A DNA stretch of 64,000 nt from a plasmid, in the sequence record NZ_CP069678.1; one strand, given 5' to 3'. Position 1 is the stretch's first letter. Each line of letters begins with the position of its first letter. Under the pieces are notes generated by a model. That model was not told the origin of the DNA, did not search any database, and was given only the letters and a program-made list of their open reading frames with translations. The translations under genes were made by a program, and so were the position numbers. Positions 11,608-21,340 of this stretch are shown here, one piece after another.

Positions 11608-13544
11608 AAAAACTTATTGAGTTAAAAGGGGTTAGCCGAACTTATGGCAACGGAGATCAAACGCGGACCGTCCTGAAAAATGTCGATTTGACAATCGTTG
11701 CTGGAGAAATGGTGGCAATCATTGGAGCCTCTGGCTCAGGCAAATCAACCTTAATGAACATAATGGGTTGCCTTGACGTACCCAATAGAGGTGATTACTA
11801 CATCGACGGACAAAATGCCGCCTGTCTTTCACCCGATGAGCTGGCTAGAGTGCGCCGGGAACACATTGGCTTTATATTCCAGCGCTACCATTTGATACCT
11901 GATCTTAGCGCACTTGGTAACGTGGAGATCCCGGCCATTTACGCCAACAGCGAACGCGACAGCCGTCGGCAACGTGCAACGGCGTTGCTGGGCAGACTGG
12001 GACTGGAAGGACGTGAGCATCATAAACCTTGCGAACTTTCAGGCGGTCAGCAGCAACGCGTCAGTATTGCCCGAGCACTGATCAACGGTGGAAAGATAAT
12101 TTTGGCGGATGAGCCAACTGGTGCTCTGGATTCGCAATCCGGGCAAGAAGTGTTAGCCATTCTGAATGAACTTAATCGACGTGGTCATACTGTAGTAATG
12201 GTGACCCACGATATGAAGGTCGCCCGGCACGCAAAGCGAATCATTGAGCTGTGTGATGGCGAAATCATCGCTGATAGTGGAGGTTGCGTATCTGCGACGG
12301 AAACACTACCAAAAACCAACAGAATCCGGCAAAGCTATTGGAAAACACTGCTCGATCGAACGCGTGAATCGATGCAAATGGCGCTAAAAGCGATGAAGAC
12401 GCATCGCTTACGCACCACGCTTACCATGATCGGGATTGTTTTTGGTATCGCCTCCGTTGTCACTGTTGTGGCATTGGGTGAAGGAGCCAGGCAAGAAACA
12501 CTGGAAGAGATTAAAAGTCTGGGGACAAACGTGGTCAGCATTTATCCCGGGCAGGATTTGTTCGATGACAGCATTGAGAGTATTAGAACATTGGTACCTG
12601 CTGACGCAAATGCACTGGCGAAGCAAGGGTTTATCGATAGCGTCAGCCCGGAAGTTAGCGCTTCAGACAACATTCGTTTTCTGGGTAAATCTGCGATAGC
12701 GTCCATTAACGGCGTTGGGCGGGAACATTTCCGGGTAAAAGGTATTGAGTTGTTGCAAGGGACTACTTTTAGAGACGATCGCAACGCTCTACAGGAAGTT
12801 ATTATCGATGAGAATACTCGTAAGGCCATTTTCGACAACACAGGGTTACAGGCTCTGGGGCAAATAGTCTTTCTTGGTTCTGTACCAGCACGAGTGGTTG
12901 GCATCGCTAAAAGTAACAACCGTAGTGATGCATCAAATCGCATTACTGTGTGGATGCCTTACAGCACGGTGATGTACCGTATTGTGGGTAAACCAGTTCT
13001 GACCGGTATTAGCGTCAGGCTAAAAGACAATGTGGATAACGAGGCTGCAATCAGCGCTATCTCCCAACTATTAACCCGGCGTCACGGCATAAAAGACTTC
13101 CAGCTTTATAACTTTGAACAAATAAGAAAGTCTATCGAACACACCTCAATGACCTTCAGTATTTTAATTCTTATGGTCGCATGTATCTCACTAATGATCG
13201 GCAGTATCGGGGTGATGAACATCATGTTGATTTCTGTAACGGAACGAACTCATGAAATTGGCGTACGAATGGCGGTTGGCGCGAGACGCAGCGACATTAT
13301 GCAACAGTTTATTATTGAGGCCGTATTGGTTTGCCTGATTGGTGGCGCACTCGGTATTGCACTGTCGTATATCACAGGTGCGCTCTTTAACGCTCTGGCG
13401 GACGGGATATTCGCAGCTATATATTCGTGGCAGGCTGCTGTTGCTGCATTTTTTTGCTCAACCTTAATTGGCATAATCTTCGGGTATCTCCCAGCCCGCA
13501 AGGCAGCAAGGATGGACCCGGTTATTTCACTGGCCAGCGAATAA
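11604..13544 (+). CDS. etsB: EtsB, MacB-like ABC transporter (fused ATPase-permease)
   Basis: N-terminal Walker A (GASGSGKST), ABC signature (LSGGQQQRV), Walker B (ILADEPTGALD). A C-terminal FtsX-like permease with four TM segments and a large periplasmic loop. Confidence 0.8.
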   Translation: MKKLIELKGVSRTYGNGDQTRTVLKNVDLTIVAGEMVAIIGASGSGKSTLMNIMGCLDVPNRGDYYIDGQNAACLSPDELARVRREHIGFIFQRYHLIPDLSALGNVEIPAIYANSERDSRRQRATALLGRLGLEGREHHKPCELSGGQQQRVSIARALINGGKIILADEPTGALDSQSGQEVLAILNELNRRGHTVVMVTHDMKVARHAKRIIELCDGEIIADSGGCVSATETLPKTNRIRQSYWKTLLDRTRESMQMALKAMKTHRLRTTLTMIGIVFGIASVVTVVALGEGARQETLEEIKSLGTNVVSIYPGQDLFDDSIESIRTLVPADANALAKQGFIDSVSPEVSASDNIRFLGKSAIASINGVGREHFRVKGIELLQGTTFRDDRNALQEVIIDENTRKAIFDNTGLQALGQIVFLGSVPARVVGIAKSNNRSDASNRITVWMPYSTVMYRIVGKPVLTGISVRLKDNVDNEAAISAISQLLTRRHGIKDFQLYNFEQIRKSIEHTSMTFSILILMVACISLMIGSIGVMNIMLISVTERTHEIGVRMAVGARRSDIMQQFIIEAVLVCLIGGALGIALSYITGALFNALADGIFAAIYSWQAAVAAFFCSTLIGIIFGYLPARKAARMDPVISLASE

Positions 13545-13547
13545 TAT

Positions 13548-14918
13548 ATGAAAATTTTATCATCGTTGACTTTATGCCTTATCACCGCACTCTGTTCAGG
13601 TTGCACAAACGTGCTGAAAAGTGACTATCGCGCTCCCGAAGTGAACTATCCCATCAACTGGACCAAGGGCGATGTGGACGGAAATACATCCCCGTTTGAC
13701 TGGGAAGAATTTAACGATCCTAATCTCGATAACTGGCTTCACCTGGTGATGACAAGTAATAACGACATAGCTATAGCTGCACTGCGGATACATCGGGCGC
13801 AGCTGGATGCGGAAAGAACAGGTATCACCAATACTCCTGCACTAAAGGCGGCACTGAGTATGGACGGAAAAAAACAGCTGAATAACTCGTCCGGCTGGGC
13901 AAAAAGCGGTTCTGCCAGCCTTGGCACCAGCTATGAGCTGGATCTCTGGGGAAAAATTGCCCGTCAGCGTGATGTTGCTGAGTGGGCAGTCCATGCCAGT
14001 GAAGAAGATTTTCGCTCCGCGCGCCTGATGCTGCTTTCAGAGGCCAGCAATAATTACTGGCGTATCGGTTTTGTAAATCAACAAATTACCACCCTCCAGC
14101 AGAGTATTGACTATGCAAAAGAGACGCTGCGTCTGGCCGAGGTTCGCTATCGTGCAGGAAATATCTCGTCGCTGGATGTGATTGACGCGCAGCAAAACCT
14201 GCTCACGCAAGAGAACCAGCTTACAGGGCTACAACGAGAACATTCACAGCTACTCAATCAGCAGGCCGTTTTGCTCGGCACCGTGCCCGGTTGCCAGATA
14301 GTCGAGCCCACAACGCTGCCAAAAGGAAGCCTGCCTAAGGTCAATGCGAATATTCCTGCCAGCATACTGATGCGCCGGCCTGACATAAGTGCTAAAGAGT
14401 GGCAGTTGCGTGAGGCGCTAGCTACGGTTGATATCAAGCGTAGCGAATATTACCCCACCTTCAACCTGACAGGCGCTTTGGGTACCAGCAGCGCTTCGCT
14501 ACTGGCATTACTGCATAATCCGGTCGGTTCCGTAGGCGCTAACCTGACGCTACCGTTCCTGGAGTGGCGACAGCGGGACATAGAGGTAAAAATTGCCCGT
14601 AACGATTACGAACAGCGAGTGCTGGAGTTTAAACAGCTACTTTATAAGGCAATGAGCAGTATAGAGGACGCGCTTTCATTTCGTAACCAGTTGCTGCTTC
14701 AGGAGACAAGACTCAGGGAAGAACTGGAACTTGCACGTAAGTCAGAGTGGTTAAACGAAGTTCGTTACCGGCATGGTGCAGTACGTATTTCATTCTGGCT
14801 TGATGCTCAGGAAAAACGTCGTCAGGCGGAGCTGCGACTGGATGAAAACCGCTTCAATCAGTTGCAGAATCTAGCAAAAATTTATCTTGAGTTTGGCGGG
14901 GCATCAACCTTTCCTTAA
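13548..14918 (+). CDS. etsC: EtsC, outer-membrane efflux lipoprotein (TolC/NodT family)
   Basis: Lipoprotein signal (LCLITALCSGC) followed by an internal two-fold repeat typical of outer-membrane factors. It starts 4 bp after etsB. Confidence 0.75.
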   Translation: MKILSSLTLCLITALCSGCTNVLKSDYRAPEVNYPINWTKGDVDGNTSPFDWEEFNDPNLDNWLHLVMTSNNDIAIAALRIHRAQLDAERTGITNTPALKAALSMDGKKQLNNSSGWAKSGSASLGTSYELDLWGKIARQRDVAEWAVHASEEDFRSARLMLLSEASNNYWRIGFVNQQITTLQQSIDYAKETLRLAEVRYRAGNISSLDVIDAQQNLLTQENQLTGLQREHSQLLNQQAVLLGTVPGCQIVEPTTLPKGSLPKVNANIPASILMRRPDISAKEWQLREALATVDIKRSEYYPTFNLTGALGTSSASLLALLHNPVGSVGANLTLPFLEWRQRDIEVKIARNDYEQRVLEFKQLLYKAMSSIEDALSFRNQLLLQETRLREELELARKSEWLNEVRYRHGAVRISFWLDAQEKRRQAELRLDENRFNQLQNLAKIYLEFGGASTFP

Positions 14919-15235
14919 GTCTAATTGGGGACAACCAGGAGCAATAAGGAGTGAAAAATAGCCACAGCTGAAAACACCATAGCCATTGACATTTGAGCTT
15001 TACCTGCTCTTGAAAACAAAAAATCACTGTTAAGCGCAATGCTATTCACTTCAGCAGAGCAGTATTGCGTGTCACGAGCATGTTTACCATTCTGTGTAAA
15101 TATCTTTTCTTAAAAGTGATCATCAAAGCAGTCATCAAACTCGATAAATATCCACCGGCATAGCGTAATGCCGAGCAATTAAGGATCAATTGACCGCTCC
15201 TTAAACTGCGGCACTATAACGGCTTCTACAACAGG

Positions 15236-15619
15236 GAGCCGTTTTCTTGTGCATAGAAACCCCCCAGCTAGGCTGGGGGTTCCGGAAAGCTTTCAGCTTT
15301 GAGCCAGTTATTAAAACCCCTTTTGATTTATTAAAACACCTTGCGGTCTGGCAACTGCAAGTGTCAAACAAGAAATCAAAAGGGGGTCCCAATGGGGAAC
15401 GAAAAGAGCTTAGCGCACACCCGATGGAACTGTAAATATCACATAGTATTTGCGCCAAAATACCGAAGACAGGTGTTCTACAGAGAGAAGCGTAGAGCAA
15501 TAGGCTGTATTTTGAGAAAGCTGTGTGAGTGGAAAAGTGTACGGATTCTGGAAGCTGAATGCTGTGCAGATCATATCCATATGCTACAATGTTTGTCAAA
15601 GCTCAGTGAAAATGTCTAA
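15236..15619 (+). mobile_element. IS200 remnant (left-end hairpin plus truncated tnpA)
   Basis: A GC hairpin lies at 15256-15280 (CCCCCAGC tagg CTGGGGG). The Y1/HUH transposase reading frame MGNEKSLAHTRWNCKYHIVFAPKYRRQVFY... starts at ~15392 and diverges after ~75 codons. Confidence 0.65.
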
Positions 15620-15649
15620 TCACTGGCTCATTATAAATGTCCATATATT

Positions 15650-15692
15650 GAAAAGGCCGCTGCGAAAATCCCTCCCGCAGCGGCCTCTTTAG
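15650..15692 (-). terminator. intrinsic terminator downstream of the HEPN/Abi_C-like gene
   Basis: GC stem AGGCCGCTGCG/CGCAGCGGCCT, followed on the minus strand by a T-run (TTTTCAAT). Confidence 0.5.
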
Positions 15693-15714
15693 CATAACGT
15701 CATTATGCGAACCA

Positions 15715-16656
15715 TCACTTAATGTTCTTCTCGCATTTTAAGAGAAATAGTAAATTTGTAGCAGTAAGATGAAGCATATAGCTTACCAATTCTTCCGGAA
15801 CCTCTTTAATATCAGCTCCTTGCCCATGACCTGCATTTTTGTTTCTGATGGTTGGAATTCCTGTTTCCAGCATTGTTTTCAGACTTGTGAACTGGCTTTG
15901 TAAATATGCCGGAATTAAATTTTGACTTAAACAGCTATTTATTAGTTTTGATGCTGTATCATTAGGACTATATTTCCAGTTATTCTTATCATGTATTGCT
16001 TTCATTATACTTTCAAATGATTTCAGACAATCATTTAGACATTCTTTATAACGCTTATGCCTGTAATGCTCATGCGCAGCAAGGAATTCATCATTGGCGC
16101 CTTCAAACAAGGGTTCTCCACTTAAAAGAATCAGGGTTGGCTTTACGACATCAGCATGAATCAATTGAGAGTCTATCCTTATTATCTCTTCAGATTCAAA
16201 CTGATAACCAACCCCATGTTCTCTAAACCTTTCATTTAGTTCAATAACTGCATCTCCAGGACTTTGACTTGTTATGTCTTTGAATTCATAATGGTTTTTC
16301 GCAACGTGGCTCACTAGTATCTGGAAGCATATTTCTATGAAATCTAGGCATTTCTCTGTATTTCTCTCTTTAAGGAAAAAGTCGACAAGAGCGTCAAAGT
16401 CATTCTTTGCAAATTCCTTCAAAGAAAAAACACCATATTCCTTAGAAAGTATCTCATGGATATATGCATATACTTTGTCAGCTTCATTTCTATACGATGT
16501 GTAGCGTTCATTAGAAGAGGGGAAGCCGATAGAATCAGTTATTATTTTAATAATTTGCACCCTGAGTGCATGTGGAATATTGTTATATTGATATACGTCA
16601 TTTACTTCGCCACGAATTTTTCTTTGTCTCTTAGAATAAATATTAATAATTGCCAT
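15715..16656 (-). CDS. orphan HEPN/Abi_C-like (abortive-infection family) protein
   Basis: 313-aa ORF with an SD (GAGG) 8 nt upstream and visibly AT-rich. The C-terminal region carries the Rx4-6H HEPN signature (IRNKNAGHGQG). The N-terminal ~200 aa has no domain I recognise. It is flanked by IS remnants. Confidence 0.5.
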   Translation of the reverse strand: MAIINIYSKRQRKIRGEVNDVYQYNNIPHALRVQIIKIITDSIGFPSSNERYTSYRNEADKVYAYIHEILSKEYGVFSLKEFAKNDFDALVDFFLKERNTEKCLDFIEICFQILVSHVAKNHYEFKDITSQSPGDAVIELNERFREHGVGYQFESEEIIRIDSQLIHADVVKPTLILLSGEPLFEGANDEFLAAHEHYRHKRYKECLNDCLKSFESIMKAIHDKNNWKYSPNDTASKLINSCLSQNLIPAYLQSQFTSLKTMLETGIPTIRNKNAGHGQGADIKEVPEELVSYMLHLTATNLLFLLKCEKNIK

Positions 16657-16890
16657 GAAATAGCCTCAAGATTTTTTTACATGCTGTTCTGTGATACTTG
16701 CTGTTTGGCTCTTTGCACCGCGAAGCGGTTCGGGGTTCTGTGACACCCGAATTTTACCTCGGTTTCCTTTGTATATAATATCATTGAAGTTATTTGCATT
16801 TCTCAGAAATCTTCTCTGGCTTTGATTGCAATAGCCGAAAGATAGCGCACACATCGCCGTTGGTCAGTTAGTACGAGGTTTCCGCCAAGT

Positions 16891-18280
16891 TCACCTTTTA
16901 CCAAAGATGGCCTCAGAGCTTCCCTGAAGCTTTATCATGGCTTCAAGTAGGTCATCTTCGTTCAGTGAGCGCTGAGATTTGTTGATGCTAGGGGCGTGCC
17001 GTCTGCGGGAAGGCTCATCACCAGAACAAGGTAACGATTGTGAGCGATTATTGTCCCGTTTTCTCTGGACCTGACGGGCAACATCCAACACATGGCCAAG
17101 TCTCTTGTTATCTACAATGGCGACGGGATCAACCTCAGAAAGCCGGTCATAGGTGGAGTAGGGCAGCAGCACGCCATTTAGTCGCAGCTCCTTATGTCCG
17201 TCAGGATAATGCCAGACATCAATATACTTGCCGATGGCTCTTCGACTGTACTCGTTGTCCTCAATCAGATAGAGCATTTTATCGTATTGTACAGTCAGAT
17301 TTTTTGATACCCGGCGAGGCTCTCGCTAGGTAAATTCTGCATCAAGGTCATCGTCTAATGCCAGCGGCCGGTGCGCGTTAAAATCATGCAAGGGTTCTTT
17401 GGCAAAGCGCCGGTTATAATCCTTCTGCAAATGCATTGGCCGCTTCTATTGTACAGATCCCCTTAAGCCTGAGCTCCTTAACGAGTCGGTCCTGAAGTGT
17501 CAAATGAGCACGTTCAACGCGGCCTTTTGCCTGGCTGGTTTCAGCACACAAAGGAGTAATATTAAGGCAGCGCATGGCCCTGGCAAACTGGGTTTCGCCG
17601 GGGCCGGTGGTGGCGTGCTTATTATTGACTCTGAATACGCTGGCTTTATCGCTGTAGAGGATCATCGGTTTACCGTATTTCTCGATATAGCCACGTGTAG
17701 CTTCAAAATAGGTAAATGTGGACTCAGATTTCACAAACAGCAGGTGCATCAGGCGACTGGTGGCATCGTCAACATAGACCAGGGCAGAACAGGGTCGCCC
17801 CCGGTTTTCAAACCAGTGGTGGTCGCAGCCATCAATTTGTATCAGCTCGCCAGTACAAGGACGCCGGTAACGAGGCTGATGAATTTTCGGTGCGCGTTGT
17901 CTGCGGGGAATCCAGAGTCCGGCCTTTATCATGAGACGTCGGATGGTTTCCTTTCCAAGGACCAGACCGTGAACTTCCTCCAGCTTTTCCCGCGCTAGCG
18001 TGGGGCCAAAATCACGGTAGTGCTCCCGGATTATACTGAGTGCCTGATCTGTCAGTGACGCTGGCAACAGACGGTTACCAGTGCGGCCACGACTCTGGTT
18101 GTTCATGCCAAGCGGCCCATACTGGCGATAACGTTTGAGCAGACGGCTGCAATGACGTGGCGTGATGCCCAGCATTTCGGCAGCCTGTCCAGGACGGATA
18201 TTGCGATCGATGACATCCTGAAGGATTTTGAGGCGATTGATTTCTTTCACGGTGAACATTCCGGCGTCATTTATAGCCAT
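16891..18280 (-). pseudogene. IS481-family (rve/DDE) transposase, frameshifted into two ORFs
   Basis: The ORF at 17414-18280 has an HTH N-terminus and a DDE integrase core. The ORF at 16891-17277 continues the C-terminus in another frame. Confidence 0.6.
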
Positions 18281-18466
18281 AGAAAACTCCTCATCAGGAA
18301 AAAGTGAGTCGTTGTCTAGACATAGGGATCTGAGAAACTATAGCCTGGACATTCCTAATGAGCCACAAATAGACATTAGCATTGAGCCTCTACAATGTTT
18401 GTGCGCACAATCTATCTTATGTTAAATAACATTGAATATTAACTTACTTCATGAAGCTTACTGCTT

Positions 18467-18790
18467 CTATTTCCACTTCTTTTTCTTATTAATCGCTCCC
18501 CTAATCCACGCATTCATCTGCTCTACAGGCTCTAAAATATTTTTTCTGAGTACTGAGCACAAACTGCTCCATAAAAAACAGACCACAAGTTTGGGCATGA
18601 TACTGATGTAGTCACGTTTTATTGTTTTCATGAAGCTCTCTGCTATTCCATTACTCACCGGACTCCGCACCGCCGTGTTCTTCGATTTAAGTCCCAACAT
18701 CCGAGCGAACTGGCGTGTTTCATTAACCCGGTAGTCAGAGTCAGCGGTCGAAAGACCTCCCAGGTAGCTACTCTGCATACCCACTATAAT
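18467..18790 (-). pseudogene. IS2-like transposase (InsD-like) remnant
   Basis: ...[45 protein letters not shown]... aligns to the IS2 InsD C-terminal region and then diverges. The DNA resembles the IS2 right end. Confidence 0.55.
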
Positions 18791-18916
18791 GCAACTATTC
18801 TCGTGACGTGTGTTTCAGCTCTCCCCCGGCTATGATACGAGATGGTATGGAGAGCCCTTCTGGGGCCACTGCCTGCACCAGATGCAACAGGAAGCCTGAT
18901 ATGAATGCAATTTCTG

Positions 18917-20110
18917 TCAGGACAGGCGGGTAACTTTCTGTGGCCATGGATCAGGGAATACTCCACCCGACATCCACCACTGAATTTCTTCTTCAGTCAA
19001 CAAGCAAAGGGATAAGGCATGTGTAAAATCATTAACTTCAGTGGCATTGCCAATGATAGTCAACTGACAGCAGCGATCGCCAAATCGCCCAGAGGCTGTG
19101 TCGATGTGTCGCTGTAGCGCTGAACGTTCTTCACGAGTTAAATTATTGTCAGTATGTTCCAGTACTCCAGCTTTCCAGTAGCCAATGAGCGCCAGACTGA
19201 TGCTTCCTGCTGACTGATTCCAGAGCAGGGCAAGATCATCTCTCCCGGGGAGCCAAAAAAAACCTTTACTGCGATAAACGCCCATGCCCATAAAGCGGTG
19301 ACAGGTATCCCATAATCTTTGCGGATGGAATGGCCTGTCGTCCCTGATGACGCGCCATATAAGTTCCTCATTGTTGCACGGAGTATCCATGTTTCCTACA
19401 AGTGCTTCCAGTTCACTGATGAGTAACTCAACACGGTCAAAATTGTAGTCCGGGATCGCCAGTAATGTGCTCAGTTCAATATTTCCCCATGATACCGCGA
19501 GCACATCCACGGAGGGGTTAAGTGGGTGTATGGCTTTTGCCACAGCGGAGATAATGTCAAAGGGCAGGCGGTCATTTCTGGTCAGCAGCAGCCTGTTGCA
19601 GAACATGATTTGCTCGGCCAGCAAATTCTCCAGGCCGCGTTTGTTATGCCGGAGATTTTCCTGAAGAGTGGGGATCAGTTTTTTCCCATCATTGTAATCT
19701 TCATGGAGCATGACAGTATCAACGAGTGTTAAAAACGCCTTCAGGCGTACACGTGAATGGCGACGCAGGTATTTGACCAGAGGAAGCGGATGACTGCTTC
19801 CGGAGGTTTCAATCAGCATCACATCCGGCTTGTTGTGATCAAGCAGGTGGTTAATTGCGAGATCCATCTTTTTGAGGCCTGCGGGGCTGCTGATGCTGTC
19901 TGCGGTGATACTTACGAAATTATTGTCTTTTGCATCTACAATATCTGTGTTGGCGATCAGCACGCCGTCCACATCCAGTTCGCTCATGTCATTGACTATG
20001 ACAGAGACTGAAAGCTGTTTTTCGTGTGCCTGTATGAGCAGGTTTTTCAGCAGAGTGGTTTTCCCTGCGCCGAGGAAGCCATTGAGAATGATGACAGATG
20101 TTGTTTCCAT
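18917..20110 (-). CDS. COG0523 (CobW/YjiA/YeiR-type) G3E-family P-loop GTPase, putative metallochaperone
   Basis: GFLGAGKTTLL P-loop and the ETSG switch. A CobW_C-like C-terminal domain. The likely start is METTSV at 20110. The listed ORF extends to 20224 with no homology in the extension. Confidence 0.7.
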   Translation of the reverse strand: METTSVIILNGFLGAGKTTLLKNLLIQAHEKQLSVSVIVNDMSELDVDGVLIANTDIVDAKDNNFVSITADSISSPAGLKKMDLAINHLLDHNKPDVMLIETSGSSHPLPLVKYLRRHSRVRLKAFLTLVDTVMLHEDYNDGKKLIPTLQENLRHNKRGLENLLAEQIMFCNRLLLTRNDRLPFDIISAVAKAIHPLNPSVDVLAVSWGNIELSTLLAIPDYNFDRVELLISELEALVGNMDTPCNNEELIWRVIRDDRPFHPQRLWDTCHRFMGMGVYRSKGFFWLPGRDDLALLWNQSAGSISLALIGYWKAGVLEHTDNNLTREERSALQRHIDTASGRFGDRCCQLTIIGNATEVNDFTHALSLCLLTEEEIQWWMSGGVFPDPWPQKVTRLS

Positions 20111-20839
20111 ATCAGCAGTACACCAGTTAGTTAGCGAGGAAGGCGCTTGGTGGTACAAAGAGCATCCGGATTGAATCGCATAACGTCGACGGGAGTTGTT
20201 GTCGTTTTTCCTGTGAGGTCTCAACCTGCCACAGAACGCACCGGATTTATTGGTATTTAGTCTCCATCAGCATAATTATCACCATTTTTATCTCCGGGGG
20301 AAGATTTGTTCTGAACAGGAGTGGGAGGTGTGACCTCCTGAAAGTAATTACAGATTGCTAGTTGTTGTATTTTTATTCGAATATGTCTCTTCGTATCAGT
20401 GATAGCACCTAGATAAAGTATATTCCGGGAGCGTTATCTGTTCTAGATATCAGAGAGTCAGTCATTTGTAAAAAAGAGAGCTGCATCATTCTATTTTTCC
20501 TGTCTATTCACCCTGTTGTCGTATCTAAAAGACATCCGTTCCGAGGATGTCGGGCACCCGTTCTGTACTAAGATACATAGCTTTTGGGTCTGCACTATTT
20601 GGAACCGACAGAAGTCTGTCTGTGATATCCGCATTTTTCTGTGTGCGATATATTCCGAAAAACTTCAAACCACTTAAAAGAGGTGTTTCCGGAGGATAAG
20701 TTCGACCAGGGAATAGTGTTTCCTGGTAAGTGTGGCGGAGCCAGTTCACCAGGAGTATCTTTCTTATCCAGTTATACTGGATTTTATTAGATGATCACCC
20801 TACCCTGCAGCAGTACGCTGACGGTGTTTTTTTGGGAGA

Positions 20840-21340
20840 ACCATTATGAATAACGTCATCTTTGATTGGTATTTATCTAGGCAAAAATTCATTCAACGTC
20901 CACTGCCAAGATGCAACAGGCAGAGTCCTTAACTGTCAGAATCCAAGTGCTCGAAATTATTCGAATTCCTTACTAATTCCTCCTACACAACTATTGTTAT
21001 GGAAGCTTGCGAAGATGCTCACTATATGGCACGGAAATTTTCGGAAATGCGTCATAAAACAAAGCTAATACCTCCTCATTTTGTCCAACCCTTCGTTAAA
21101 ATTAATAAAAATGATTTCTTTGAGGCTGAAACCATATGTGAAGTTACATCAAGCCATCAATGAGATTTGTAGCATTAGGAGCTGAATCCCAGCAGAGGAT
21201 TCCACTTTTCATCCGTCGTTGACAATGGCCTTGAAAAACGCCGTTACTCACCGTTCTCCTTCACGGTAATACGCAGTTATAGTTGCAGAGCAATGTAATG
21301 GATCTTTTATATTAAGAAATTGTGTGAGTGGAGAGGTGCA
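20840..21340 (+). pseudogene. IS110-family transposase N-terminal remnant (frameshifted), truncated by IS2
   Basis: Frames give MNNVI.../...IGIYLGKNSFNVHCQDATGRVL.../...MEACEDAHYMARKFSEMRHKTKLIPPHFVQPFVKINKNDFFEAETICE..., a typical IS110/IS1111 N-terminus. It ends at the IS2 insertion. Confidence 0.5.

Noticed and set aside
16666-16854. 62-codon ORF ending 10 bp upstream of the HEPN/Abi_C-like gene as a possible antitoxin or partner
   Set aside because: No SD, unremarkable composition and no recognisable fold motif. The interval more likely holds the promoter and leader of the HEPN gene. Kept only as a remote possibility.
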